Of a stretch of 61,708 nt of DNA, positions 35,256 through 44,920 are shown piece after piece. The notes beneath the pieces are model-generated. The model was not told the DNA's origin, did no database searches, and worked only from the letters and a program-made list of their open reading frames with translations. Source of the stretch: Candidatus Pacearchaeota archaeon (GTDB lineage: Archaea > Nanobdellota > Nanobdellia > Pacearchaeales > GW2011-AR1); assembly GCA_016186425.1 (NCBI GenBank), contig JACPLR010000009.1, forward strand, positions 1 to 61,708, given 5' to 3'. Both the position numbers and the translations under genes were made by a program. Each line of letters starts with the position of its first letter. Within the stretch, counting starts at the first letter, position 1.

Positions 35256-38200
35256 TTATGCAGAACAAAATTCACCTTTCCATTGATTAAATGAATTAAG
35301 AACATTATCTACATATTCTTGATTATCTCCACCCTTGTAAACTTTCAAAATGCAAATTAATTGTTTAACATCATCATCTAAATTGCATTTTGTATAACTA
35401 CCAGCAGGATTATCAAATGCATTTTTTAATTCTGCTGATGCTTTTTGAACTTGGACTGTTGGATTGTCAGCAAAATCCTCTCTGCTTTCTAATTCATCTC
35501 CATAACCCATAAAAAATCTATGAGTCTCATCTACAGTCATGCTAGATTCCCATTGAGATATAGAAGTTAATAAAGCTCTAAAGCTTTCTTCACTAAATCC
35601 ATTTGGATAAGAATTAGAATATTTCTCAAAATAAGTTTTATATGTTTCATACTTCTGATCATAATTATTAGATACGCCTTGCGTATTTTTAATATCGCAA
35701 TTCAATGACGTCTGAACAGAAGAAGTATATCCAGGTTCATTAATAATTTCTGGTTGAGAAATGAAATTTGAATTAGATTTACAAGAAAGAAAACCATAAT
35801 AATCATTATTCTTCCTTACATCGCTTTTTGTAAGTGCTTCTTTGCTTACGCTATCCTCTCTATTTCCTCCAATTATTTCTAAATTATCACCATTAACAGA
35901 CACAATAATTCCACAATGTCCCAAACTTCCTGCTTTCAAATTCGCAAATGTAACAGGACATCCACTTTCCCTACAATTACATAAAATATCTCCCACTTTA
36001 ATATTATCTAATTGTTCTATAGAATAAGCATTACAATCATATTTTCCAGGATCGTCTCTTATCTTAGTAAAATAATTTGAATGTGAAGAATCAAAAGGGA
36101 AATTTAATCCTGCCTTTTTTACAACGTAAGAAATAAATACTGCAGACCAAGGAACATTTTTACAATTTTGTGGTTGTAGATTTATAAAGTTATAATATTC
36201 TTTTAATACACTATTTCCTTCAGTACTACATTCTTGAATTTTTACATAATTCCATCTATTATATTCACTTAAAGCAATATTCGCAAGTATATTTTCTTCT
36301 CTAACTCCCTCTTCCTCCACTTTTCCAGTTTCAACCTCTCTTTTCTCCTCCTGTCTTAATATAAAATTTATCCAAGAAATCTCAGCCATAGCATGATTAA
36401 CTCTTGCTCTGTCAAACAAGATTCTAGCATCCTGGTCAATTGTTGGTATAAACTTGCTTTTCAAATAATCAAGCTTTGCAAAAAGAACTTTAGCTTCGTT
36501 TTCAGATTCATCAATAACTAATCCTGTTGCAAACAACTTGGCAATTCTGCTTTCAATTTCATTTAATTCTCCTTCAATTTCTCCATTAATTCCTATTCTT
36601 TTTTGATTTTCTATTTCATCTAGCTGCTCTGCATATTTATTCAATGTATCAGTTGTTGCATTCCTGATTCCAGCAGCTCCCGGAGTTAAAGCAACATTAA
36701 TAGAATTTTGATCAAGCCAGCAAGCAACTTTCTGGTCATCACAATAGCCTACTTTCAGCCATCTTTTAATATTTGTTGGCCCGCCAGGATTATTTGTAGC
36801 ACAAACTCTTACAATTCCACTATTGTAAATTTGCGGATTAATTAACTCTTCAGTTCCTGCTTGAATATTGGGATTTACCAATGATAATGCTCCCGAAGTG
36901 CCGGAAATGCAGGCTCTCTCGCTTGTTATTTGCGTGTTTGTTAGCTGATTCTGAATATATTTATCTCTTAAATAATCCAAGGCAAATGAAGTTGATACTT
37001 GCTTGAAACCGCATTCTTCCTGCCCGTTAACCCTCACACAAAGCTGCTTAAATCCAGATGGAGCTGTAAAGTCTCTTGCCTCGCTAGTATACTCTCCTCT
37101 TCCAACAAAACCAGTAGCAACTGTTACAGCACCTGTCGGCTGGAAAAATGATTCTCCAGGAGCATCTCTTAAATAAACACTATAATAAACTCCGGAATCT
37201 TTTCCTGCAAAAATATGATAAAAGACTTTATAGTGTGAAGTAGCAGGTATTGTTGCATCACTTTGTTTTATCTCGTCAAACCAGGCTGAAAACTGCGGAG
37301 GAGAATCTGGCTCAATTAAAGTCTGAAATTTTTTAGGATATTTTGTTGAAACAAAAGATTTGCATATTTGTGTTCCAACATCTTGAGTTGACCTTAACTT
37401 ATAAGCATTAAAAGCGCTCTGCCCGTATTGATTTGTAAAAAAGTTAATTGAATTCTGCATATTGCTCCAAGCTGCCTGAACATTCAAATACTCTCCCCCG
37501 CCTCTAATACCTCCTTGCCCTGTTGCAAACTCTAATAACTTGGGAATAAAAACATTAAGTATAGGAGAAACTTGTTTCCAGAAAAACTCGCACTGATACA
37601 CTGCAGTTATCTCATCACAAATTCCAACATACCTTCCTGTTGTAATGCTTTCCTGCAGGCAGTCTCGCGAAGCTTTTAATATAGAAACATAATTATCAAT
37701 CCCAGCATGAACTCCTGTTAAACAAACCGGAATAAAAATTCCTTCCTTGTAATTCGGCAAGCATAAAAATAAACTTCCGGCAATTCCGCTCTGCACAACA
37801 TCATTAACATAATACTTTCCTCCAAGATTACAGCGAGATGAAGGGCAGATTACAGGATCGCAAACATTAAACAACAATTGGCAATCTTTTGGCGACATAA
37901 AATCAGCGCATTGAGTTATTGCATTATTTGTTGCAGGATTCCCGACTTTAATTCTTCTGCCCAAAATATTGACAAAAGCAACCCCCGGCTTGTATTGGCT
38001 TGCTGCCTGTTGCAAGGCATTAATTGAATCTGCAACCTTTCTTTTAGCTTCAGAATCTGACAAACCATAAAATTGCGTTGCTGGCTGGCCTGTAAAAGTA
38101 TTAAACTGCTGGCAATTATCATCGCCAAACCCTGAATCAAATTCAGCCCTTCCATTCTTGCCAACATTGCACAGCCAGAAACTTGAAACCAATCCAGAAT

Positions 38201-41200
38201 CTTGGTAAACTTTAATATTTCCAAATGCAGGAAGTGTCTGCCTTGTCGCAGCATACCATCCATTAACTAAATCAATAGGAACAATTGCAGGCATGCCTTT
38301 GTATGGCTCTGTTTCATAATACCTTACTTCAGGATCTTTGTAAGGATTTTGATAAGATTGAGAATCTAGTTTCTGAAGAACCCTGCCATTATAAGTTTCA
38401 GTAAGGCTATCTTTTATTGTTTTAGTATCTTTTTCATTTATTTTTTTTGAAGTGTCAACTTTATTTCCATTTTTATCATAAACCTTATCAAAATCAAGAG
38501 TAAACTTATCTAAAGAATTTGGAATAGAATTTAATGCAACATAATAAGATGTCGATCCTAAAATAACTGAAGTTACAGGAGTTGCTTTATCTAATCCCGC
38601 AAATTGCCCATTAATAGTATCAACCCTTGCGCCATAATAATAATCAGTAACTTGCGCTCCTAAAGCTGTTCTAGGTGTCAAAACTCCCATTTTACCAGCT
38701 ATTCCACTAGCTTTTGCTTCGCTCTCAACTTTCTTCGCAATCTCAATTTCATCCTGAATTTCTTTTGCCTTGCTTAAGCTTGTGTATAACTTTCTTTCAG
38801 TCATTTCCTTAAGTTCAGGATTATCCTTTATGTTAGGATCATTAAGAATTCTTAACCTTGTTTCAATATCTCTCATCTCGGGATAACTTATGCTATCTGG
38901 AGATAATCTTTCTTTTTTAATAACATCACTGACTTTTATTGGATTTTCTCCTTTAGGATCTTTAAATTCAAAATTATTGCTCCCATAATTTTCAATTAGA
39001 TAATTAATATTCAGATCAGTGGATTTTTGAATGTTAACTTCTTTTCCTCCCAACAAACCAGATGATTTCACAACATCTGGTGTTGTGCTTTCCATATTTT
39101 TTATTCTCTGGCTTACATCATTCATATGTTTTGCAATTAGCTCAACTTCTTTTTCAATTGCATTGCTGTTTTTCCTAAAGCAATCGTCAACACTCGCATA
39201 TCTTCCTTGAGTATTTTTCATTTCTTCCGCGCATCTCTCATGCCATCCCCCCTCTCCTCTCATAACTTCTTGCCTTGCAATTGCCTTGCCTCCAAGATTT
39301 GCAAATAAATTTTTAACCTGCAATGCAGCAGAAGTTGCAAAGCAAGCTGCCTTCATTCCCTTAACAACACTTCCAAGACTTTCTGAAATATTCTGCCACT
39401 TAGCAATGCTCTCATTTAATCTTTTAATTCTTTCAGCAGCTTTTTCAGGATTTAATGGGAAAGCTCTTTTCTCAATTCCAATTGCATAGCTGACATTTGC
39501 ATAAGAAGCTAAATTATTAATTTGAGGGGTAATTCTTATTCTGGCAACTCTCTGGATATTTATCTGCTGAACATAAACATCCCTGCCGCAAATAGAAGCT
39601 CTGCTTCCAACAAAAATATTTTCTGTTTCTCTTCTAGAGCTTCCATCATAAACACAATTTCCAATAATTTCTGCAGCTTGCTCATCAAACCTTCCTAATT
39701 GAATATTTGTTTCAGGTTTTCCAGTTGATAAATCATTGCCAGGAAAGATTAAATAATCGCCAGTTTGTTTCGGAGTTTTCAAATCACCATCAACTAAAAT
39801 CTTAACATCAAGCTTATCAGAACTAGGATCTTCAACACTTCTTAACTGAAGAACATGTGTCTGCCCGTAAAGCTCAAAAACAAAACTTGCTGCATCAGAA
39901 TTTAGCTGAGAATTGCTCAAAACACTAGTTCCTGCTGGCAGCTCCTTTTCTGAATTAGGATATTTTTCATTAAATCTTAAAACAAGATCTGCTAAAACCT
40001 TTCCTTTTTTAGTCCCGCTTGCAAGTCTTATTGCTTCAATCAAAGATTTCTTTCCATAAGTTTCAGGATTTTCAACTTCTTTTGCCTGAGAATAATACGG
40101 AACATCTCTGTAATCCTCCTCAACAACTTTATACTGATCAATAGAACTGCTAAAATAATTTTCAAATACACTATCTCCTGTTGTTATCTCATTAGAGCTA
40201 ATAAAATTTGAGAATTTAACGTCCTTACCTTGATAATCACGAATACTTTCTCCTTGTTTTATTATAGCTATTTCATATTGCTTATTATTATAATTTAAAC
40301 TTTGAAATCCCGTATTAACTTGTTGATTTGATAAAATATTTAATCTCTGTTTTAATTCATCAGTTAATTGCTGACCATTATCTAAAGCAATTAAAACAGC
40401 ATAAGAACTTCTGTCTAACTTCGATATTCCAACACTGCCCAAATAAATATCCGCGTTTCCTCCACTATATAATTTCTCTCCGGGAGAATAACCAACACTA
40501 TTGCTTCCTGGAAAATCAAGAGCAACATTTTTTAATTTTAGCTGAAGGCTAAATTGCCTTTGTCCGTTAGTTGTTTGGCACGAACCTATCACTGTTCCAG
40601 AATCAGCTCCGCTTGTTACGACATTTGTAACCTTGCATATTCCTCCGGCAATTAAATCTCCCCTATAAACATCTTGAACATCCTGGTCAAAAACAATTGT
40701 TGCTTTCTTCTCAGGCCTGACAGCATCAACATAAGTTACAGAATAAGCAGCACTGCAATAAAATCCTGGCAAGGCTCTTTCAGAAGACCTTCCTTTCTGC
40801 ACAAAAAAAGAATCAATCCTCCTGTTTGCATCAGAATAAACAGAAATCCTAATTCCGGTAGCTTCAATAGAATCAACTCGTATAAAATTCTTTCCATCCA
40901 TAAAAGTGTATTGAGGATAATTTGCAGCCCATTCAGCATCGCTTAAAACCGGAATATTTTTTTCATTAATTCCTGTTCCAAATGCATAAGAAGAGCTGTA
41001 TTGAATTCTTGCAGTTAAATTTCCTGCAACAAAATCACTTAAATTTCTTTCATTTGGCTGCTGTTTCAAAATTATTACAACATAACCAACATTATCTAAA
41101 GATGGAAAACCATTCTGCCCTATTTTAGGTGAAAGCCCGTATCTTGCTGGCTGGTAATAACTCACTCCAGTAACACCATTAGGAAGCATTCCAGAATAAC

Positions 41201-42164
41201 TGAAAGTCATTGCTCTTATATCCTGCGGATTTATTGACGGATTTATCTGAAGCGCTTGTAATTTACAAAAAACAGGAACATTTTGTTCAGCTAATAAATC
41301 ACTTCTTACAACAGCAGGTGTGCATCCTCCGGGAGCAATTTGCAGAATAAAATCCTGCCTCTCTCTGCAAAATTCTCTTGCAGAGCTTGCATTTCCTCCA
41401 TAGATAAAAGGATATAATGCTGATGAAGGAACTCCCCCATAAGCTCCACCATAACTCCCTGCAAATCCTGGCCTCAATTGTGGATTAGAATAAAAATAGC
41501 TTCCTCCAGCCCCATTAAACTGCCCGCCAACATTGCTCCCATAAAACCTATCACTGCTAGTCACAGGATTGCTTGCAAATCTTTGTGTTCCAACATTTAT
41601 TCCAGTACCACTGCTTGTAATTGGTTGGGCTAAAACAAATGATATTAAAAAAATAATTAAAACTAATAATAAGAAAATAAGCATAAAGAATTTATTAGTT
41701 AATGAGTTGCTGCAAACACTAGTTAAATTAAATAATCTTGAATTATTACAAACACCTGTTAAATTAAATTGATTACTGCAACTTAGTTTAGGATTATTAG
41801 TTAATGAATTATTGCTTGCCTTAAATTTATTATAATTACTTTCATTACTTAATCTAACTGAATTAAACCTAGTTGTTTCTATATTTTCAGATTTAATATA
41901 ATTTCTACTGCTATCTAAGTTATTGTTAATCTTTTTATTATATTTTGAATTATAAAAAATATTTAGATCCTTTAACTTATTATTATCTTGCTTACTAATT
42001 AAGTTGTTTTTTATATTTCCAGATTTATTATGATTTCTATTACTATTCAATTTATAATCAAGTTTATTACCCAATAACTTAGTAAATTTTTTCATTTCTA
42101 CATTTTCAAAAATACCATATGATTTCCCATCTATTTTTTTATTTTTCTCTTTTGTTTTTTTCAT
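35256..42164 (-). CDS. Giant (2302 aa) membrane-anchored, Cys-rich surface protein with a C-terminal DUF2272/CHAP-like domain and a lytic-transglycosylase-like domain
   Basis: Uninterrupted 6.9-kb ORF. It has an Asn-rich N-terminal 160 aa, then a TM/signal segment MLIFLLLVLIIFLISFVLA (residues 161-179). C-terminal motifs are PWSAVFISYVVKKAG ... GHCGIIVSV..LEIIGGN and LLTSISQWESS. Confidence 0.8.
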   Translation of the reverse strand: MKKTKEKNKKIDGKSYGIFENVEMKKFTKLLGNKLDYKLNSNRNHNKSGNIKNNLISKQDNNKLKDLNIFYNSKYNKKINNNLDSSRNYIKSENIETTRFNSVRLSNESNYNKFKASNNSLTNNPKLSCSNQFNLTGVCNNSRLFNLTSVCSNSLTNKFFMLIFLLLVLIIFLISFVLAQPITSSGTGINVGTQRFASNPVTSSDRFYGSNVGGQFNGAGGSYFYSNPQLRPGFAGSYGGAYGGVPSSALYPFIYGGNASSAREFCRERQDFILQIAPGGCTPAVVRSDLLAEQNVPVFCKLQALQINPSINPQDIRAMTFSYSGMLPNGVTGVSYYQPARYGLSPKIGQNGFPSLDNVGYVVIILKQQPNERNLSDFVAGNLTARIQYSSSYAFGTGINEKNIPVLSDAEWAANYPQYTFMDGKNFIRVDSIEATGIRISVYSDANRRIDSFFVQKGRSSERALPGFYCSAAYSVTYVDAVRPEKKATIVFDQDVQDVYRGDLIAGGICKVTNVVTSGADSGTVIGSCQTTNGQRQFSLQLKLKNVALDFPGSNSVGYSPGEKLYSGGNADIYLGSVGISKLDRSSYAVLIALDNGQQLTDELKQRLNILSNQQVNTGFQSLNYNNKQYEIAIIKQGESIRDYQGKDVKFSNFISSNEITTGDSVFENYFSSSIDQYKVVEEDYRDVPYYSQAKEVENPETYGKKSLIEAIRLASGTKKGKVLADLVLRFNEKYPNSEKELPAGTSVLSNSQLNSDAASFVFELYGQTHVLQLRSVEDPSSDKLDVKILVDGDLKTPKQTGDYLIFPGNDLSTGKPETNIQLGRFDEQAAEIIGNCVYDGSSRRETENIFVGSRASICGRDVYVQQINIQRVARIRITPQINNLASYANVSYAIGIEKRAFPLNPEKAAERIKRLNESIAKWQNISESLGSVVKGMKAACFATSAALQVKNLFANLGGKAIARQEVMRGEGGWHERCAEEMKNTQGRYASVDDCFRKNSNAIEKEVELIAKHMNDVSQRIKNMESTTPDVVKSSGLLGGKEVNIQKSTDLNINYLIENYGSNNFEFKDPKGENPIKVSDVIKKERLSPDSISYPEMRDIETRLRILNDPNIKDNPELKEMTERKLYTSLSKAKEIQDEIEIAKKVESEAKASGIAGKMGVLTPRTALGAQVTDYYYGARVDTINGQFAGLDKATPVTSVILGSTSYYVALNSIPNSLDKFTLDFDKVYDKNGNKVDTSKKINEKDTKTIKDSLTETYNGRVLQKLDSQSYQNPYKDPEVRYYETEPYKGMPAIVPIDLVNGWYAATRQTLPAFGNIKVYQDSGLVSSFWLCNVGKNGRAEFDSGFGDDNCQQFNTFTGQPATQFYGLSDSEAKRKVADSINALQQAASQYKPGVAFVNILGRRIKVGNPATNNAITQCADFMSPKDCQLLFNVCDPVICPSSRCNLGGKYYVNDVVQSGIAGSLFLCLPNYKEGIFIPVCLTGVHAGIDNYVSILKASRDCLQESITTGRYVGICDEITAVYQCEFFWKQVSPILNVFIPKLLEFATGQGGIRGGGEYLNVQAAWSNMQNSINFFTNQYGQSAFNAYKLRSTQDVGTQICKSFVSTKYPKKFQTLIEPDSPPQFSAWFDEIKQSDATIPATSHYKVFYHIFAGKDSGVYYSVYLRDAPGESFFQPTGAVTVATGFVGRGEYTSEARDFTAPSGFKQLCVRVNGQEECGFKQVSTSFALDYLRDKYIQNQLTNTQITSERACISGTSGALSLVNPNIQAGTEELINPQIYNSGIVRVCATNNPGGPTNIKRWLKVGYCDDQKVACWLDQNSINVALTPGAAGIRNATTDTLNKYAEQLDEIENQKRIGINGEIEGELNEIESRIAKLFATGLVIDESENEAKVLFAKLDYLKSKFIPTIDQDARILFDRARVNHAMAEISWINFILRQEEKREVETGKVEEEGVREENILANIALSEYNRWNYVKIQECSTEGNSVLKEYYNFINLQPQNCKNVPWSAVFISYVVKKAGLNFPFDSSHSNYFTKIRDDPGKYDCNAYSIEQLDNIKVGDILCNCRESGCPVTFANLKAGSLGHCGIIVSVNGDNLEIIGGNREDSVSKEALTKSDVRKNNDYYGFLSCKSNSNFISQPEIINEPGYTSSVQTSLNCDIKNTQGVSNNYDQKYETYKTYFEKYSNSYPNGFSEESFRALLTSISQWESSMTVDETHRFFMGYGDELESREDFADNPTVQVQKASAELKNAFDNPAGSYTKCNLDDDVKQLICILKVYKGGDNQEYVDNVLNSFNQWKGEFCSA

Positions 42165-42183
42165 TTTTTCAAAGGGTTTATTT

Positions 42184-44133
42184 TCATCTTAAATTTAAAT
42201 TCGCTCTCGCACTTTCATATAACTCATAATTCTGCTGCAACTGGTCAAGATTGCTTGGAGCAGGCAACGTGTCAATTGATATTTCAATTTTATTTGCATT
42301 TTTCAAATCACTATTCAAAATATAATCTTGTATTTTTCCTCCCGCGCTTAAAGCATTGCTTAGTGTTTGGCTCGGAATGCTAACATCAAAACACTGCTGA
42401 TTCTTTTTTCCAAAAAATCCTAACAAGCCAGACGCTGGAACATCAACACATTGCCTTGTAGAGCTTCCAGGAATTGTCAAAGAACTTCCAGAGAATACCT
42501 GGATGGAAACATTGTAAAGCCCTTCGCCCAACTTTATTTTTTTGCCTTGGTAATCTCCAGATAATAAAGCAACACTAAAACTATTTTTCTCGCTCTCAAA
42601 ATTAATCACGGCAACATCTCCTTCCTGTCTTGGCTTAAATTCCTGCCCACTAACAATCAACCTTAATTCCAGCTCATAAAGTTTGCTTAAAGGAACATTA
42701 ATTGTATTTGGCTCGTTTGTTGAAACAATCACTTCTTGAGGCAAATAACCTTCTGCCTTTGCAATAATCTTGCCATTAATGCATTGAGGAAATGCTGCTG
42801 AAAGTTTTGCATCCTTGCCAGCAATCTCTGTCTTGCCTATAAGACATTTTGTGTTAAAGCAAACAAAATCAATATCAGATTCAATAGGATCTAATTCAGG
42901 GCTGTAAGCATCATAAGTGTAAACATCCATTCTTGTGTTTTTGTAATTGCAAATCTCATCAATAGTTCCTTCTTCGCTAACACTCTCTCCCTCCAATGAT
43001 TGTCGTGGAACACTTTTATCAACAACAACAGAAACCGGAAACTGAAATATTTCCTCCTGATCATAAACCTGAATTAAAACAGGATAATAAATATCGTAAA
43101 CAAAATGATAAGGCACATAACAAAATCCAATAATTCCCATTCCTTGTTGAAGTCCAACAGGCTCTGAAATTAACAAATTTCCGTCAGCAGGCCAGATTTC
43201 AATTCTTGTCGGCCAGTTAGGATTATACATAAAGTTAACTTGCTCATCACTTTGGATTTCATCAACTATAAAATACTTGTTCTCTTTCTTTTTCAAATCA
43301 TAATAATCTCCCTTAATTTTCAAAGTGCCTATATTTGCGCTTAATCCTGTTCTAATATCATCAACAACTTCCTGTGCTTTCCATATTTTTGGAGCGCAGC
43401 TTAATTCACTTCCAGTTACTGGCGCGTAATTATACATAACATCTACAGAATAATTTTCCAAAAATGAGTCTTTTTTCTCTCTTTCATAAATTTCTCTGGC
43501 TAAATTATAAAATTTTCCGAACTTGCTCACAACTTCTATATCATAACTTGTCCTTCTAGAACTTGAATCGCCTTTTGAAGCAGAAATTTCATTGCTTACA
43601 CCAACTAAAACTCTATTATCAAGAATTTTAACATTAGTTTCCAAATTATTTCCGGTTTCAACACTAATTCCTTGCTTGACAAAATCAGAAAAATCACATC
43701 TCTTAAGTTCCTGATCTAAAAAATCCTCTAACTGTGATTCTATTTGCGATTTAGAAGGAACTTGTTCTTTAACAATACCATTAGCAGAAACATAATACCA
43801 ATAAGGAACAGGTGTTCCAAGAAAATCAAGTTGCGATGAAAAGGGTGCGTACTGGCTGCCTTGCTTGAATTCAGGAACTTCAATATAGCCTCCCTGGCCT
43901 CCTGCAATTTTTAATGCTTCTAAAGTATCTTTCTTAACACAGCCCTCAAAAAAAGTATAAACTTCTGAAAATTCTCCTTGATTTTGCGAAGCAAAAAGCC
44001 GGTCTCTTAAGACATAAACTGTTATTCCTAAAGCAACAACTAAAACTGCCACAATTATAAAAATTGTAACTTGTCCTCTTTTATTTTTTATTTTGTCTAA
44101 TTCACCTCTTTTACTTCTCATTCTTCCTCCCAT
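42184..44133 (-). CDS. 649-aa secreted protein with an archaeal class III (type IV pilin-like) signal peptide
   Basis: N-terminus ...KIKNKRGQVTIFIIVAVLVVALGITVYVL ([KR]G-Q followed by a hydrophobic stretch). The C-terminal region looks like a beta-sandwich (GKIIAKAEGYLPQEVIV). The gene ends 19 nt upstream of the giant ORF. Confidence 0.7.
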   Translation of the reverse strand: MGGRMRSKRGELDKIKNKRGQVTIFIIVAVLVVALGITVYVLRDRLFASQNQGEFSEVYTFFEGCVKKDTLEALKIAGGQGGYIEVPEFKQGSQYAPFSSQLDFLGTPVPYWYYVSANGIVKEQVPSKSQIESQLEDFLDQELKRCDFSDFVKQGISVETGNNLETNVKILDNRVLVGVSNEISASKGDSSSRRTSYDIEVVSKFGKFYNLAREIYEREKKDSFLENYSVDVMYNYAPVTGSELSCAPKIWKAQEVVDDIRTGLSANIGTLKIKGDYYDLKKKENKYFIVDEIQSDEQVNFMYNPNWPTRIEIWPADGNLLISEPVGLQQGMGIIGFCYVPYHFVYDIYYPVLIQVYDQEEIFQFPVSVVVDKSVPRQSLEGESVSEEGTIDEICNYKNTRMDVYTYDAYSPELDPIESDIDFVCFNTKCLIGKTEIAGKDAKLSAAFPQCINGKIIAKAEGYLPQEVIVSTNEPNTINVPLSKLYELELRLIVSGQEFKPRQEGDVAVINFESEKNSFSVALLSGDYQGKKIKLGEGLYNVSIQVFSGSSLTIPGSSTRQCVDVPASGLLGFFGKKNQQCFDVSIPSQTLSNALSAGGKIQDYILNSDLKNANKIEISIDTLPAPSNLDQLQQNYELYESARANLNLR

Positions 44134-44245
44134 TTACTTTATGTTTTATTAGCTCAATAATTTCACTATTAATATCCTTTTCTATTATTCCTTTAAATCT
44201 CTCCCAAAGTTTCTCATCCTCTATAAGAAGCAAGTATTTTTTCAT
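44111..44245 (-). CDS. Possible 44-aa ribbon-helix-helix-like micro-ORF heading the giant-protein operon
   Basis: Translation MKKYLLLIEDEKLWERFKGIIEKDINSEIIELIKHKVNGRKNEK (a strand-helix-helix pattern). It overlaps the 649-aa ORF start by 23 nt. Too short for the ORF track. Confidence 0.3.
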   Translation of the reverse strand: MKKYLLLIEDEKLWERFKGIIEKDINSEIIELIKHKVNGRKNEK

Positions 44246-44468
44246 CCTCTTCACATCCTAAATTAATGATAATTAAGGTAAAATTAGATATATAAATCTT
44301 ATTATTAAGTTAATTACTAAGTAAGTTAGTAAGAAAAGTTAATAGGCAGGAAAAATTTATAAATATTTAGATACTTTAAAAATAATTAATCATAATTATC
44401 TCTTGGAACTTCTTATTCGTCTATCATACTCTTCAATTTTTTTCTTAATTTTTCAGGATTGGATATGG

Positions 44469-44741
44469 CTAAACTCTTCTTTCTAAATTAATTTCTCTAA
44501 CTTTTTTAAACGCAGCTAAACGTATTCTTGCTAATTCACTAACTGATAAATAATATTCAGTGGTTTTCATTTCATTTTCAGACAAAGTCCCATCTAAATA
44601 TCCATTTATTAAGTGGGAATCAAGACGATTATTTCTCGTTCTTTTTAAATACTCTTCTCTTGATTCCTCTTTATCAGGAAGATTAAAAATTTTTATGAAT
44701 ATCTCATACCCCCCTTTTATCCATTTTTTGAATCTCTTCAT
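44469..44741 (-). CDS. Hypothetical small protein
   Basis: 90-aa ORF with no family recognised. Confidence 0.35.
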   Translation of the reverse strand: MKRFKKWIKGGYEIFIKIFNLPDKEESREEYLKRTRNNRLDSHLINGYLDGTLSENEMKTTEYYLSVSELARIRLAAFKKVREINLERRV

Positions 44742-44815
44742 CTGTTAACATTTTAATCTTATAACCCCATAAAATCATATTTAACTTATTTATAAATATT
44801 TATATAGAATAAAAA

Positions 44816-44920
44816 TGGCCCTGCCAGGAATTGAACCTGGGTCCTATCCACGTCAAGGATATGTCCTTTATGGGTTTATTAACCTTAATTAAATAATACT
44901 GACCATTAGACTACAGGGCC
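44816..44920 (-). tRNA. tRNA-Val (anticodon GAC) with a 33-nt non-canonical intron in the D loop
   Basis: On the minus strand: GGCCCTG-TA-GTCT-AATGGTCA[gtattatttaattaaggttaataaacccataaa]GGAC-A-TATCC-TTGACGT-GGATA-GGAC-CCAGG-TTCAATT-CCTGG-CAGGGCC-A. Removing 33 nt leaves a 72-nt cloverleaf. Confidence 0.85.

Noticed and set aside
44300-44345. Three AAGTTA words upstream of the giant-protein operon, as a possible operator for the RHH-like micro-ORF.
   Set aside because: The 6-mers are AT-rich and irregularly spaced (16 and 13 nt), and are expected by chance in this composition.
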